This document shows, one piece after another, positions 1 to 11,147 of a stretch of 64,000 bases of DNA (within the stretch, counting starts at the first letter, position 1; each line of letters opens with the position of its first letter). Source of the DNA: Octopus sinensis (lineage: Eukaryota); assembly GCF_006345805.1 (NCBI RefSeq), contig NC_042999.1, forward strand, positions 9,424,001 to 9,488,000, written 5' to 3'. Position numbers and translations under genes: made by a program. The notes below the pieces were generated by a model. That model saw nothing but the letters and a program-made list of their open reading frames with translations, searched no databases and was not told the origin of the DNA.

Positions 1-474
1 GTATGTTATCGGTATTTTATGTTATCGATGATGTTAGGATTAAACAAAGTAGATCACGTCAGATCTTCAGACAAGATTGGACATGAATAAAAAATATCTT
101 TCATGAATTTTATTGTTAAATTAGCAGCCTTGATGAAACAATGATACCAACTTCTTTGTGACGAGATATAAACACCCAAGGTTTAAAAATGAAGGAGAAA
201 ACAATTTTAGGAAAAAACAATGAAGATGAAAACAACTTTGTCAGCTGTTAGCCACGTTAACCTCTATTATAGAGCATCAGCAAAAGAAAGGAAAATTAAA
301 TTATGCGAAGAGGGATTTAAATCACATTCGTCAATTCTGAATCTCTAAAATACTTTATTTTTGCGATATTCAGGGTGTTGATGGAGAATCAAATAATGTT
401 AAATAATTTTCCAAGATGACCGTTTTTGTGATGGAAAGATGGAATCGATTGGAATGAGGACCAAATATTATCTT

Positions 475-2053
475 TTTCTTTACTACCCACAAGGGGCTAA
501 ACACAGAGGGGACAAACAAGGACAGACAAACGGATTAAGTCGATTAAATCGACCCCAATGCGTAACTGGTACTTATTTAGTTGACCCCGAAAGGATGAAA
601 GGCAAAGTCGACCTCGGCGGAATTTGAACTCAGAACGTAATGACAGACAAAATACCTATTTCTTTACTACCCACAAGGGGCTAAACACAGAGGGGACAAA
701 CAAGGACAGAAAAACGAATTAAGTCGATTAAATCGACCCCAATGCGTAACTGGTACTTATTTAGTTGACCCCGAAAGGATGAAAGGCAAAGTCGACCATG
801 GCGGAATTTGAACTCAGAACGTAATGACAGACAAATTACCTATTTCTTTACAAACCACAAGGGGCTAAACATAGAGAGGACAAACAAGGACAGACAAACG
901 AATTAAGTCGATTAAATCGACCCCAATGCGTAACTGGTACTTATTTATTTGAACCCGAAAGGATGAAAGGCAAAGTCGACCTCGGCGGAATTTGAACTCA
1001 GAACGTAATGACAAACAAAATACCTATTTCTTTACAACCCACGAGGGGCTAAACACAGAGAGGACAAACAAGGACAGACAAACGAATTAAGTCGATTAAA
1101 TCGACCCCAATGCGTAACTGGTACTTATTTAGTTGACCCCGAAAGGATGAAAGTCAAAGTCGACCTCGGCGGAATTTGAACTCAGAACGTAATGACAGAC
1201 AAAATACCTATTTCTTTACAACCCACAAGGGGCTAAACATAGAGAGGACAAACAAGGACAGACAAACGAATTAAGTCGATTAAATCGACCCCAATGCGTA
1301 ACTGGTACTTATTTAGTTGACCCCGAAAGGATGAAAGGCAAAGTCGACCTCGGCGGAATTTGAACTCAGAACGTAATGACAAACAAAATACCTATTTCTT
1401 TACAACCCACAAGGGGCTAAACATAGAGAGGACAAACAAGGACAGACAAACGAATTAAGTCGATTAAATCGACCCCAATGCGTAACTGGTACTTATTTAG
1501 TTGACCCCGAAAGGATGAAAGGCAAAGTCGACCTCGGCGGAATTTGAACTCAGAACGTAATGACAAACAAAATACCTATTTTTTTACAACCCACAAGGGG
1601 CTAAACATAGAGAGGACAAACAAGGACAGACAAACGAATTAAGTCGATTAAATCGACCCCAATGCGTAACTGGTACTTATTTAAGGCGGCGAGCTGGCAG
1701 AAACATTAGCACACCGGGCGAAATGCGTAGCTGTATTTTGTCTGCCGTTACGTTCTCAGTTCAAATTCCGCCGAGATCGACTTTGCCTTTCATCCTTTCG
1801 GGGTCGATAAGTTAAGTACCAGTTACGCACTGGGGTCGATATAATCGACTTAATCCGTTTGTTTGTCCTTGTTTGTCTTCTCTGTGTTTAGCCCCTTGTG
1901 GGTAGTAAAGAAATAGGTACTTATTTAATTGATCCCGAAAGGATGAAAGGCAAAGTCGACCTCGGCGGCATTTGAATTCAGAACGTAACTGCAGACGAAA
2001 TACCGCTAAGCATTTCACCCGGCGTCCTAACGTTTCTGCCAGCTCGCCGCCTT
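475..2053 (-). mobile_element. tRNA-derived SINE family A (octopus OK-like): one head plus seven tandem 184-bp 3' units, interrupted by an antisense copy
   Basis: The unit anchor TAC(T/A)A(C/A)CCAC recurs at 481, 665, 849, 1033, 1217, 1401 and 1585 (period exactly 184). The head (rc of GGCGGCGAGCTGGCAGAAACG) lies at about 2030-2053. Confidence 0.9.
1684..1915 (+). mobile_element. Full-length family A SINE nested in the array in opposite orientation
   Basis: Runs from head AGGCGGCGAGCTGGCAGAA to tail GTAGTAAAGAAAT. Flanked by the 12-bp direct repeat GGTACTTATTTA (1672-1683 and 1916-1927). Confidence 0.9.
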
Positions 2054-2074
2054 GAACCAAATAATATCGCTACA

Positions 2075-2446
2075 GGCACAGGCGTGGGGTATGTGGCAAG
2101 GGGTTTACTTCCCAATCACATGGTCCCCCGTGGCACCTTGGGCAAGTGTCTTCTTCTACAGCCTCGGATCGACCAAAGCCTAGAAGGTGGGTTTCGTAGG
2201 CAGAAATTGAAAGAAGCCCGTTGTATGTGTGCGTGTGCGCGCGCGTGTGCGTGTGTGTGTGTGTGCGCGCATGAGTGTGTGTGTATGTGTGTGTCTTCTT
2301 GTGTTTTCCCCCACCATCGACTGACAACCGGTGTTGGCATATTTGCGTCCTCATAGCGGTTCGGCAAAGGTTACTGATAGAATAAGTATCAGTCCCTCAA
2401 GGCGGTTCCCCAGGATGACTGCAGTTTAATGGCTAAAACAAGTAAA
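2075..2446 (+). mobile_element. tRNA-derived CORE-type SINE family B (OR2-like) with internal (TG)n
   Basis: tRNA-like head, GGCACCTTGGGCAAGTGTCTTCT core-like block and AAAGAAGCCCG-microsatellite-GACAACCG layout. Homologous to 16051-16370 and 48046-48455. Confidence 0.85.
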
Positions 2447-3337
2447 TGATGCATATTTGTTGGTGTTGTGCCCTGATTTGAACCTAATCCTGCAAAGACA
2501 CGATGACATGTCGTACTCTGGCCAATGCCTCTGAAAGAGACCCTAGCAACGACCATCATATTTTTGTAGAAAGTGTACTTATGGTAGTGTCCTTGATGGT
2601 TGAGCTATAAGAACTCTGAACGCCTGCAAGTGAAACATATTTTACAGATTTCAATCCCCCATACTCTAAAAACAACCCTCCATAGTCTACCAGGATGCCA
2701 AAGACCAGCATGGAAGCACACTGGGTCAACTCGACATCCGCATTTTATCCAAGCACCCGAAAGACCCAACACCCAGACAAGTACGTCCTCATTAGTGAAA
2801 CATCCCCAGTACTAAATAAGAAATATATATAGGTGTCATACCCCAATACCCACAGTTTATATATATATATATATATATATTTAGCGTTGTTAGAAGGCCA
2901 TTATGCAGGCGTGTGTTTGTATGTGTAAATGAATACGTATATGGACAGGTAGATATACAGATAGATTGGTACATATGTAATACTGACAGACAGGCACACA
3001 CACTTGTACTTACCTACATACAGATGAAGACTGAAACACATGACCATATACATACACGCACACTTCACACAAACACATGGAAAGGCAGAATACATGAATA
3101 TATGTATGCGCGCACACATTGACGCACACGCATGCGCACAAAGAAACAAAGAAAAGACACAACGCTGTTCCAAGAACGGACAGAGTCAATGGATATTAAA
3201 AAGGTTGCAAGGCACAACGAAAGATTTCGTAAAAATTATTAAGGGATTGGGAATCACACCGGTGTGTTAAATTAGTAAGGCGCTAAAAGAGAGTTTGAAA
3301 GATAAAGTTTGAAGGGGTTGATATTGAATTCTGAACA

Positions 3338-3522
3338 TCTATTATATAAAATCGTTCTGTCTGTCGGTGTGTGTGTCTTCTAGGATCTGGGGCATCCTCC
3401 ATCCGATTGCACTTAAATTTGATATGTAGATACTGACGGTATCAGGGCGTGTGTATAAGTCTTGAAAAAATTACAAAAATGGATTCTAGGTAAGAATGCG
3501 ACCGATAAAGCCGTGGGAACGT
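3338..3522 (+). mobile_element. Helitron-like non-autonomous element fragment
   Basis: Starts A|TCTATTATATAAAA followed by CTGTCTGTC and GTGTGTGTC. The end resembles a degenerate AAGCCGTGGG hairpin, but there is no terminal CTAG. Confidence 0.4.
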
Positions 3523-4828
3523 GCTTTTCTTCTGTCAACCTGTACATAACTGCACCTTCCAGTTTTTGTACTCCTTAAAAGCACGTTTCTTCCCTGCCAA
3601 GCTTTCTGTTTAAACCATGTTTCTGTTCTTCCAGTCAACAGCCTTATCATTACTGGTACTTTAAACTCTTCGGTTGCATATTTGCGTGAATAAAATCGTT
3701 TTTCTTTGGAATAGAAAAAGAATCTATCTTTATTTCTTCTTTGGCTGGTGTCTCAAATTTAGGTTAAATCAGTGTTTCTCAAAGGGGAGGCCTATGGGAC
3801 GGTCGGAAAGTTGTTTTGAGAAAATTTGGTTTAAATGTTTGACAACTCAGCACCATCCATTGGACGTGGGGCGTTTTTCTCGTAAATTAATACAACCAAA
3901 TAAAAGATGATGGCTGTTATTGTTGTTCAACAACTCCATATCATTTCTGATTTTGTTGTTCTCTGTTCAAAGACATTCCACTCTTGAACGCCATGACATT
4001 TATATAGGCAATGCCTCTTACGTATTTATTGTAAGACAATAGTGTATGACTATGTGGAATCTATCGACTATGTTTAGCTGACCAAGTGACCACGTGGAGG
4101 TCCCTTCATGCAATCCGATTTCCTACCTATAGTCACAACTTTTAGTACTACGTTAACGATTATTAATTCACAATTTATTCAACATTCCATCAATAATCAT
4201 CTCGAACCGCAGTCAATCCCGATCACATTTTGTGAAATGCAAAACTAAGTGAAATTTCGAAGATAGTTTGTTAATCTAAAACGATGAGATCGAATTATCT
4301 TCCACAAAAATTAATACAATAACTTAACAGATCGTTGTGTTTACGGCTCTCATCGATCGCGGGTGTGGACTTGAATATAATTTAGCTTTTGTATAAATGC
4401 ATTACATCGACAGCCACTGATTGGCGGAAAACGATATCGATTTTAGACAGCTTTGTTCGTTTAAGTTTAATATTCCTTACAAGCTCAAATATAAATTCTG
4501 AAGGAGCATTGACAAGAAATATTATTTCATATCAATTATTTACTTTTCCAATATCTTTGGCCTCTTTCTTTCCTTCTATCTGTCCACATTTCTTTATTTC
4601 TCTGTTTAACAACTCATTCACAAATCTATATTTTCATACTTTCACACAATGGTCACAAGTTTCTTTCAAACTTTTACTCCCACCCACTTCCTCCTCCTTA
4701 TCTCTCCCTCACTTTCACCGAATTTCATTTTATTAATCAAACACTAACCCTTCATTTCTATCGCAATAATACTGGCACATAACACAACGTTCGGGATATT
4801 CTTAAGAAAGAAAGAAAGAAAGAAATAT

Positions 4829-4870
<42 letters not shown>

Positions 4871-4985
4871 CCAAGGAAAGACGTACAGGAAGAAAGTTAG
4901 CATGAATATTTATCACTTTCACGGAAGGTTCCGTACGCTATGAATCTCTATGTAGTCCGGATATTATCTTCTCCATTCCTTAACT

Positions 4986-5021
<36 letters not shown>

Positions 5022-5513
5022 CATGCGGATCTCTCTTTAGCGTAAGGGCGTCCACTTTAGTGGATTCTCTCTCATATGTGTATTAATAATATTTACTGAA
5101 ACTCAGTTTTTTATGCGCTAAAGCACTGGTGTTATTGATGTTATTAAATTAATATACAATTTTTTCACCCTCATTTTGATTATATATATATATATATATT
5201 ATATATATATATATATTATATATATATTCATGCATATACATACATATCATTATGCTTGTCAGAGGGAAAGAGACAATAAACACATAAGGTATTGTATATA
5301 AATAAGAAACCGTTCGAGCTATATGAGCAAAATCGAAAACACATACACAGAGAATGGTAATTGTTAGTTCACGGGTCTGCTACGGTTTTTAGGCGTAAGA
5401 CAATACATTCCCTTACGCCTTAAAACCGCTAAGTTACAGAGACGTAAACACACCAGCACCGGTTGTCAGGCAGTGGTGGGGGACAAATCTACACACAAAG
5501 ACACGCACACACA

Positions 5514-5560
<47 letters not shown>

Positions 5561-5644
5561 ATATACGTGTGTGTTGATGATACTCTTGACCAAGCATTTA
5601 CATATCTTATAAAAACATATTTCAGTCATATCTATATTTATATC

Positions 5645-5803
5645 AGAATGGTTGTATACTGTCAATCTAATACGAACGTGACAGTAGGGGGTACACCACC
5701 GCTGTTTAGCCATCAGGAGGAGTCGATGCTTCCTCGGGCTAAACAGCGGTGGTGTACCCCCAACGGTCACGTTCACGTTAGATTGACAGTATACAACCAT
5801 TCT
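5645..5803. repeat. Fold-back inverted repeat, arms about 67 bp
   Basis: 5645-5711 is the near reverse complement of 5737-5803. The spacer contains a further GAGGA/TCCTC hairpin. Confidence 0.9.
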
Positions 5804-6006
5804 ATCGCCCCACCACCGTACATGTCTCTACGAGAGATTTAGAAATTTAGTATTTCTGATATATTTATATCATTGTAGCGTTATGTTTATCATTTGGTTC
5901 GGGGTTAGACTTGCAATATCCAAGGCCACCTATCACATCAACTGAAGGCATTACCTCTCCATTAAATATGAATATTTGTCTGACATCAATATTATAAAAT
6001 GCAATT

Positions 6007-6236
6007 GGACGGCGAGCTGGCAGAATCGATAACACGCCGAGGTATAATGTTGAGCGGCATTTCGTCCGCCTTTACGATCCGAGGTCAAATTCCATACAGG
6101 TCGACCGACATTGTCTTTTACCCCTTCGAGGTTGATTAAAATAAGTACCAGTTGAACACACGGGTCAATATAGTTGACCTTACCCCTCCCTCGAGCTTGC
6201 TGGCCTTGTGCGAAAATTTGAAATCAATTTTATTAA
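6007..6236 (+). mobile_element. Older family A SINE with the alternative (GGCCTTGTGC...ATT) tail
   Basis: GGCGAGCTGGCAGAATCG head, TAAGTACCAGTTG body and GCTGGCCTTGTGCGAAAATTTGAAA tail. Confidence 0.8.
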
Positions 6237-6517
6237 ACTTGCGTTCAGATGTTAAAATTTTTTGCGTTTGTTTCGTATCTTTCCAACAAGGAAGAGCAGT
6301 GAAAGAGACGAGTAATAAGGATGAATATAAAACCCAGCCTGGCACTTCTGAGCTACCGAAACGTAAAAACTAGATCAAACACTCAGTCTGTAACATTATT
6401 TCTTTTCTCTCCTTAATTTTCTCAACCGTTCTGCTTTTTGTCCACACTCCTTTTAATGATCATATAAATTAATTCTTCTTCATAAGAAAATAAATTTTCT
6501 TACAATTTATGCAAATA

Positions 6518-6677
6518 GGCGCAGGAGTAGCTGTGTGGTAAGAAGCCTGCTTCCCAAACACATGGTTCCTGGTTCAGTCCCACAACGCGGTATTTTGAGC
6601 AAGTGTTTTCTACTATAGCTTCGGGCCGACCAAAGCCTTGTGGGTGGATCTTGTAGACGGAAACTGAAAGAAGCCCG

Positions 6678-6721
<44 letters not shown>

Positions 6722-6943
6722 TATATATATTCAAAGAAATTCCAACTCTGTCTGTTTTTTATGTTTTATTTATATTCTTTATAATATTAATGTAGAATAT
6801 AGAATATATAGTATAAATAATATATATATATAGTAAAATGAAATTAAGTATTGTCTTATTGAATAGATGAAATATTAAGGGACTAGTATACTTTCTTGCA
6901 TTATAGCAGTCTTCAAGGTCCCAGGTTGTGACATGAGTGTTTC

Positions 6944-6985
<42 letters not shown>

Positions 6986-7052
6986 TGTATGTATGTATGT
7001 ATGTATGTATGTATGTATGTATGTATGTATGTGTGTGTGTGTGTATGTGTGT

Positions 7053-7093
<41 letters not shown>

Positions 7094-7390
7094 CGTGCGC
7101 GCGCGCGTGTTAGAGAGAGAGAACAACAAATGAAGGACAGAAGATGGAATATACGAGAATATATTTGAACAAAAAGAGAAATGAACATTTAATCCAGAGA
7201 GAAAAGTATTGGAAAAAATGTGTGTATTTGTGTGTCCATGTTTGTCCCCCTACCCACCATCGCTTGACAACCGATAGAATACGTGCTAGGCTTACAAAGT
7301 AGAAGTGCTGGGGTCGTTTTGTTCGACTAAAGGCTAATGCACCAGCATGGCTTCAACCAAATGACTGAAACAAAAAAAAAAAGAATAGAA
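6518..7390 (+). mobile_element. Family B SINE split by an expanded compound microsatellite (5' half 6518-6685, 3' half about 7225-7390)
   Basis: The head and CORE block end at GAAAGAAGCCCGTC(AT)n. The 3' half resumes with TTTGTCCCCC...GCTTGACAACCGAT...ATGACTGAAACA. The two halves could instead be separate fragments. Confidence 0.7.
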
Positions 7391-8453
7391 GAATAAACTG
7401 CACTGTTTTATACAAGATCATTATGATATTTCTGAACAATATTGCGGAAGTAGTTAGTCCTTTATTATCAAATTTTATACTGTAGTTATTGCAGTATATA
7501 ATCTATTATAGTGTGGTACAGTACACATAGGTGTATGCGTGTTATGATTTATTAGCTTTAAAAATTGGTTTGGCCGTTTATGTGAGATTCCTGAGTTAGA
7601 TGTTCTACCTTCAACATCACTTGAAATAGAGATGTCCTTGGTGCAATAGGAGTGATGGCTTTCTAGTTGTCTGTGGCTGAAGAACGCCGGAGTGTAGTTG
7701 AGGAAAGAGATGGAGTTAGACAAGTGGGTGGCGGAGTCACAGTAGCTGGAAGTCGTTTGTTATTGCTAGCTTTGTAAATAAGATAAGTGATGCAATGAGT
7801 GGAGTTTACATTTATGTAGACGAGTACTGTTAGCGCCAAGTTTAAATAAAGAGCGTACCCGAGATAGCGGAGGCGGGTGTTGGGCAATAAGTTAGGAATT
7901 TGCCTCGCGGAAACAGTCCGCCATTTTGTTAGTCTTAATCTGAGGTCGATAAGGATTACGTTTTGGTATTTTCTTTGCATGATACTATTTATTAAATCTG
8001 AAAGAGATTTTGATGTTTCTTGCGAGGGTCATTTTGCCAATAAGAAACAAGCTCTGGTTACGTTTCGCTTCTTTTATTATTATTGGTCAACCAGTTTACT
8101 AACTAAATGTTTGATATATCGTTACTCAATCAATGAAGCAGTAAGATATCGAGACAGACCCTGAGTAAAAAGGGTTTGTATGAGGTCGCGAATGATGACA
8201 AAAGGAATCTCAGGAGCCCAGCTCATTTATTGATTGACCAAACTATTAAACAGTCGATTAGTTAATCTGTTTACTTGTTCTCAGAGAATAATATTAAAAG
8301 AACTGAACTAGAACCACTGCATGTGTTTTTTATTGGCATAATGACCCTCCAAAGACACTACGAAATAGAATTATTATTTTCTATTTCTTTCTAAACAGCA
8401 CGGAGATAAATTATTTACATTTGATGAATATTTGTCCTTATCTTGTCTGTTAT

Positions 8454-8500
8454 CACAACGTTTCGGCTGTTATACCCTCCAGCCTTCTTCAGGTGTCTTG
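8454..8500 (-). ncRNA. Hammerhead motif in the downstream pLTR (CUGAAGA core, weakened stem I)
   Basis: Reverse complement reads GACAC CTGAAGA A GGCTG...CAGCC GAAACGTT GTGAT. Confidence 0.6.
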
Positions 8501-8671
8501 GGGAAATTTCGAACCCGAGTTCTCATTCCTAAGGTATTTTTCGATGTTATTATTATTATTATTATTATTGTTATTATTATTATCATTCAGGTCACTGCAT
8601 GGAATCGAACTCGGAATCTTGGGGTTAGTAGCCCGTGCTCTTAACCACTACGCCATATGCCCGTGGGCTAA

Positions 8672-8890
8672 ACGGTTGTAATGGATCCTCTCACAGACGA
8701 GGGAATATCCTGCCCTTTCTGCTGCTCTTCTAGCTTTATATGAATCCACTGGGGTCATTATATTCAAGCCAGGTGGTATTAGCGTTGAGTCTCTACATCT
8801 ACACAGGAAAATTAGATGGTTTGAAAGACGAGCTAGTTTTTGATGGAGTTTCTCTATAAGTCTCCATTGAAGTCTAATGTCGGTTCCGAA
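8672..8890 (-). pseudogene. Penelope/Poseidon-type ORF N-terminal fragment (73 codons, no stop)
   Basis: Manual translation: FGTDIRLQWRLIEKLHQKLARLSNHLIFLCRCRDSTLIPPGLNIMTPVDSYKARRAAERAGYSLVCERIHYNR. It fits the PLE N-terminal pattern EK..KLAR..NHL.F..RCR...IP.GL...PV...A....A...L..ERI. It is absent from the ORF track because there is no early start codon. Confidence 0.8.
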
Positions 8891-9287
8891 CCGATTAGAT
8901 AATACAGTTCTATATTTACGAGATGAGGAATTATATACATTATTTACATTTGAAGGATATTTGTCCTCAACTTGTTGTTAACACAACGTTTTGGCTGATA
9001 TACCCTCCACCTTTCATCAGGTGTCTTTGGGAAATTTCGAAACTGGGTTCTCATTCCTAAGGGATTTTTCGATGTTATTATTATTAATATTATTATTCAG
9101 GTCACTGCTTGGAATCGAACTCGGAATCTTGGGTTTAGTAGCCTACGGGCATATGGTGTAGTGGTTAAGAGCTCGGGCTACCTATCCCAAGATTCCGAGT
9201 TCGATTCCAAGCTGGGACCTGAATGATAATAATATTAACATCGAAAAATACCTTAGGAATGAGAACCCAGGTTCGAAATTTCCCCAA

Positions 9288-9333
9288 GACACCTGATGAA
9301 GGCTGGAGGGTATATCAGCCGAAACGTTGTGTT
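9288..9333 (+). ncRNA. Minimal type I hammerhead ribozyme motif with intact core
   Basis: GACAC CTGATGA A GGCTG-gagggtatat-CAGCC GAAA CG T T | GTGTT. Stem I is GACAC/GTGTT, stem II is 5 bp, stem III is the palindrome ACGT. Predicted cleavage after 9328. Confidence 0.75.
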
Positions 9334-9753
9334 AACAACAAACAAGATGAGGACAAATATATGTCAAATGTAAATAATGTAAATAATGTACCTAATTCCT
9401 CATCTCATCGATATAGAACTGCAGTACGATGAGATTTCAGAGAGATTTGACTGCTTCTTCTACCGGTTCGAGTGACCTCATAAAGAGTCTCCCCGTAGGC
9501 TTCTGGCATGTGTGCTTGTAGGAGGAGATGAGGGAAGTCTATACCGGGCAGTTCATGCAGAGACATGGTTTCCATTTTTTACTAGTGCAGTTAGAGACTA
9601 ATAATAACTTTTTGGCAATGAAACAATTCCGTTCCTTTCAGTTCATCTACGTGAGGCATCCAGCAGGTTTTGTCCAATGACATATGTTTCTAATGCGATA
9701 CACGTTAACAATGTCGGTACTACCCTCTAAGGAATATTAATTATATACATATA

Positions 9754-10124
9754 CTAGCAGTATCGCCCGGCGTTGCTCGGGTTTGAATTGGAATTTTTGA
9801 AAAGTAAAAATTTTGCGTTATGTTGCTTGTTATTCTCTTTAAGTGAACATTTTTCTGGTTGAAATACACCGAAAAATGGCGACACAGCAGTCAAAGAATC
9901 GTACAAAACGGATTTTCATAGAAAAAAAGCACCTTTTTGATGTAAATAATTTTTGGTGTTAACATGGTCCGATTTGAATTTTTTTCTTCTACGGAAGGAA
10001 GAGCAAGCCTTCTTCTATCATACTCTCAATTTTGGTCAACTTGCGCCGCAGGGTCTCGGAGGACATAGTGTTAGTTGAAGGCTACCAAACCTGCCATACA
10101 CAGACAACTTCAGCTCTATATAGA
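9754..10124 (-). mobile_element. Non-autonomous Helitron-type element
   Basis: On the minus strand it begins TCTATATAGAG and ends with the hairpin CCCGAGCAACGCCGGG followed by CGATACTGCTAG|T. This matches the canonical TC...hairpin-CTAG termini. Confidence 0.75.
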
Positions 10125-10717
10125 GAGGTGTGTGTGTGTGCGTGTGTGTGTGTGTGTGTGTGCGTGTGTGTGTGTGCGTGTGTGTGTGTGTGCGTGCGTG
10201 TGTGTGTGCGTGCGTGCGTGTGTAAAGAACGATAGGATGTATATGTTCATGTATGTGTATTTTGTGCATATTCAAACTAGTACGGAAGTAATAACAGGTG
10301 GATATAAAAAATAGGTTTATTGATACTTGTTATAAATATGGAAATTATTATTAGATCAATCACCTTTTGAACACTATCAAAGCTATTTTGTACAACAGCT
10401 GATTATAATCGATAATAATGCACTAGAAATGACCCTGGAGTTAGTAACAGAAAACTATATTTGAGTTTTTCAATGAAGATTAGAAGTTAGTGTACTGCAC
10501 TTTCTTAATTAACCACCCCGAAATGTACGAAATTTCTAAAAGTCTAAGGAACTTCATATATTCCCTTTGCTCTTTACACAACACTATATATATAAAATTA
10601 AAATGAGGGCGAAAAAATTGGATATTAATTTGATAACATCAATTTTAATACCAGTGGTCTAGCTAATATATATATATAGATATATATATATATAGATATA
10701 TATATATATATATATAT

Positions 10718-11052
10718 GAGACCCCCTTCGGTATTGACTGACCATGGGATTGCACCTAGAAAGTTCCCCTCTCAGGCACAAGTCCGAGCAAGGTTGTTTA
10801 TGGAAGACCAGCAGTCGCCCATGCATTCCAGCTCCCCTCTCCACGCCACCAGTGTTATCCAAGGGAAAGGCAAAGAGGCCGATACAGCTTGGCACCAGTG
10901 ATGTCGCAACTCATTTCTACAGCTGAGTGAACTGGAGCAACGTGAAATAAAGTGTCTTGCTCAAGAACACAACACGCAGGCCGGTCCGGGATTCGAGCTC
11001 ACAACCTCACGATCGTAAGCTCCGCGCTCTAACCGCTGAGCCATGCGCCTTC
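10718..11052 (-). mobile_element. tRNA-derived CORE-type SINE family C
   Basis: rc head GAAGGCGCATGGCTCAGCGGTTAGAGC...CTCGAATCCC and core-like GTGTTCTTGAGCAAGACACTT. Homologous to 51362-51733. Confidence 0.85.
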
Positions 11053-11147
11053 ACACACAAACACACACACATATATATATATGGGCAAGTGTCTTCTACT
11101 ATAGCCCCGGGACAACCAAAGCCTTGTGAGTATATATACATATATAT

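Larger units (their letters stand above)
8411..9421 (-). mobile_element. Internally deleted Penelope-like element: inverted pLTR (9144-9421, +), pLTR (9143-8904), ORF N-terminus (8903-8672), pLTR (8668-8411). Each pLTR carries a tRNA-like head and a hammerhead motif
   Basis: Three copies of the same ~260-bp unit surround a stop-free PLE-type N-terminal reading frame. Direct plus inverted pLTRs is the established Penelope layout. Confidence 0.85.

Noticed and set aside
475-1683. Regular repeat resembling a CRISPR array
   Set aside because: The whole 184-bp unit repeats with no unique spacers, and it is SINE sequence in a eukaryotic context.
3770-3800. CAGTGTTTCTCAAA hAT-like terminus
   Set aside because: No matching opposite TIR or 8-bp TSD was found.
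8595-8662. tRNA-like sequences as real tRNA genes (also the other SINE heads)
   Set aside because: The acceptor and anticodon stems pair poorly, and each is fused to a repeat body in multiple copies.
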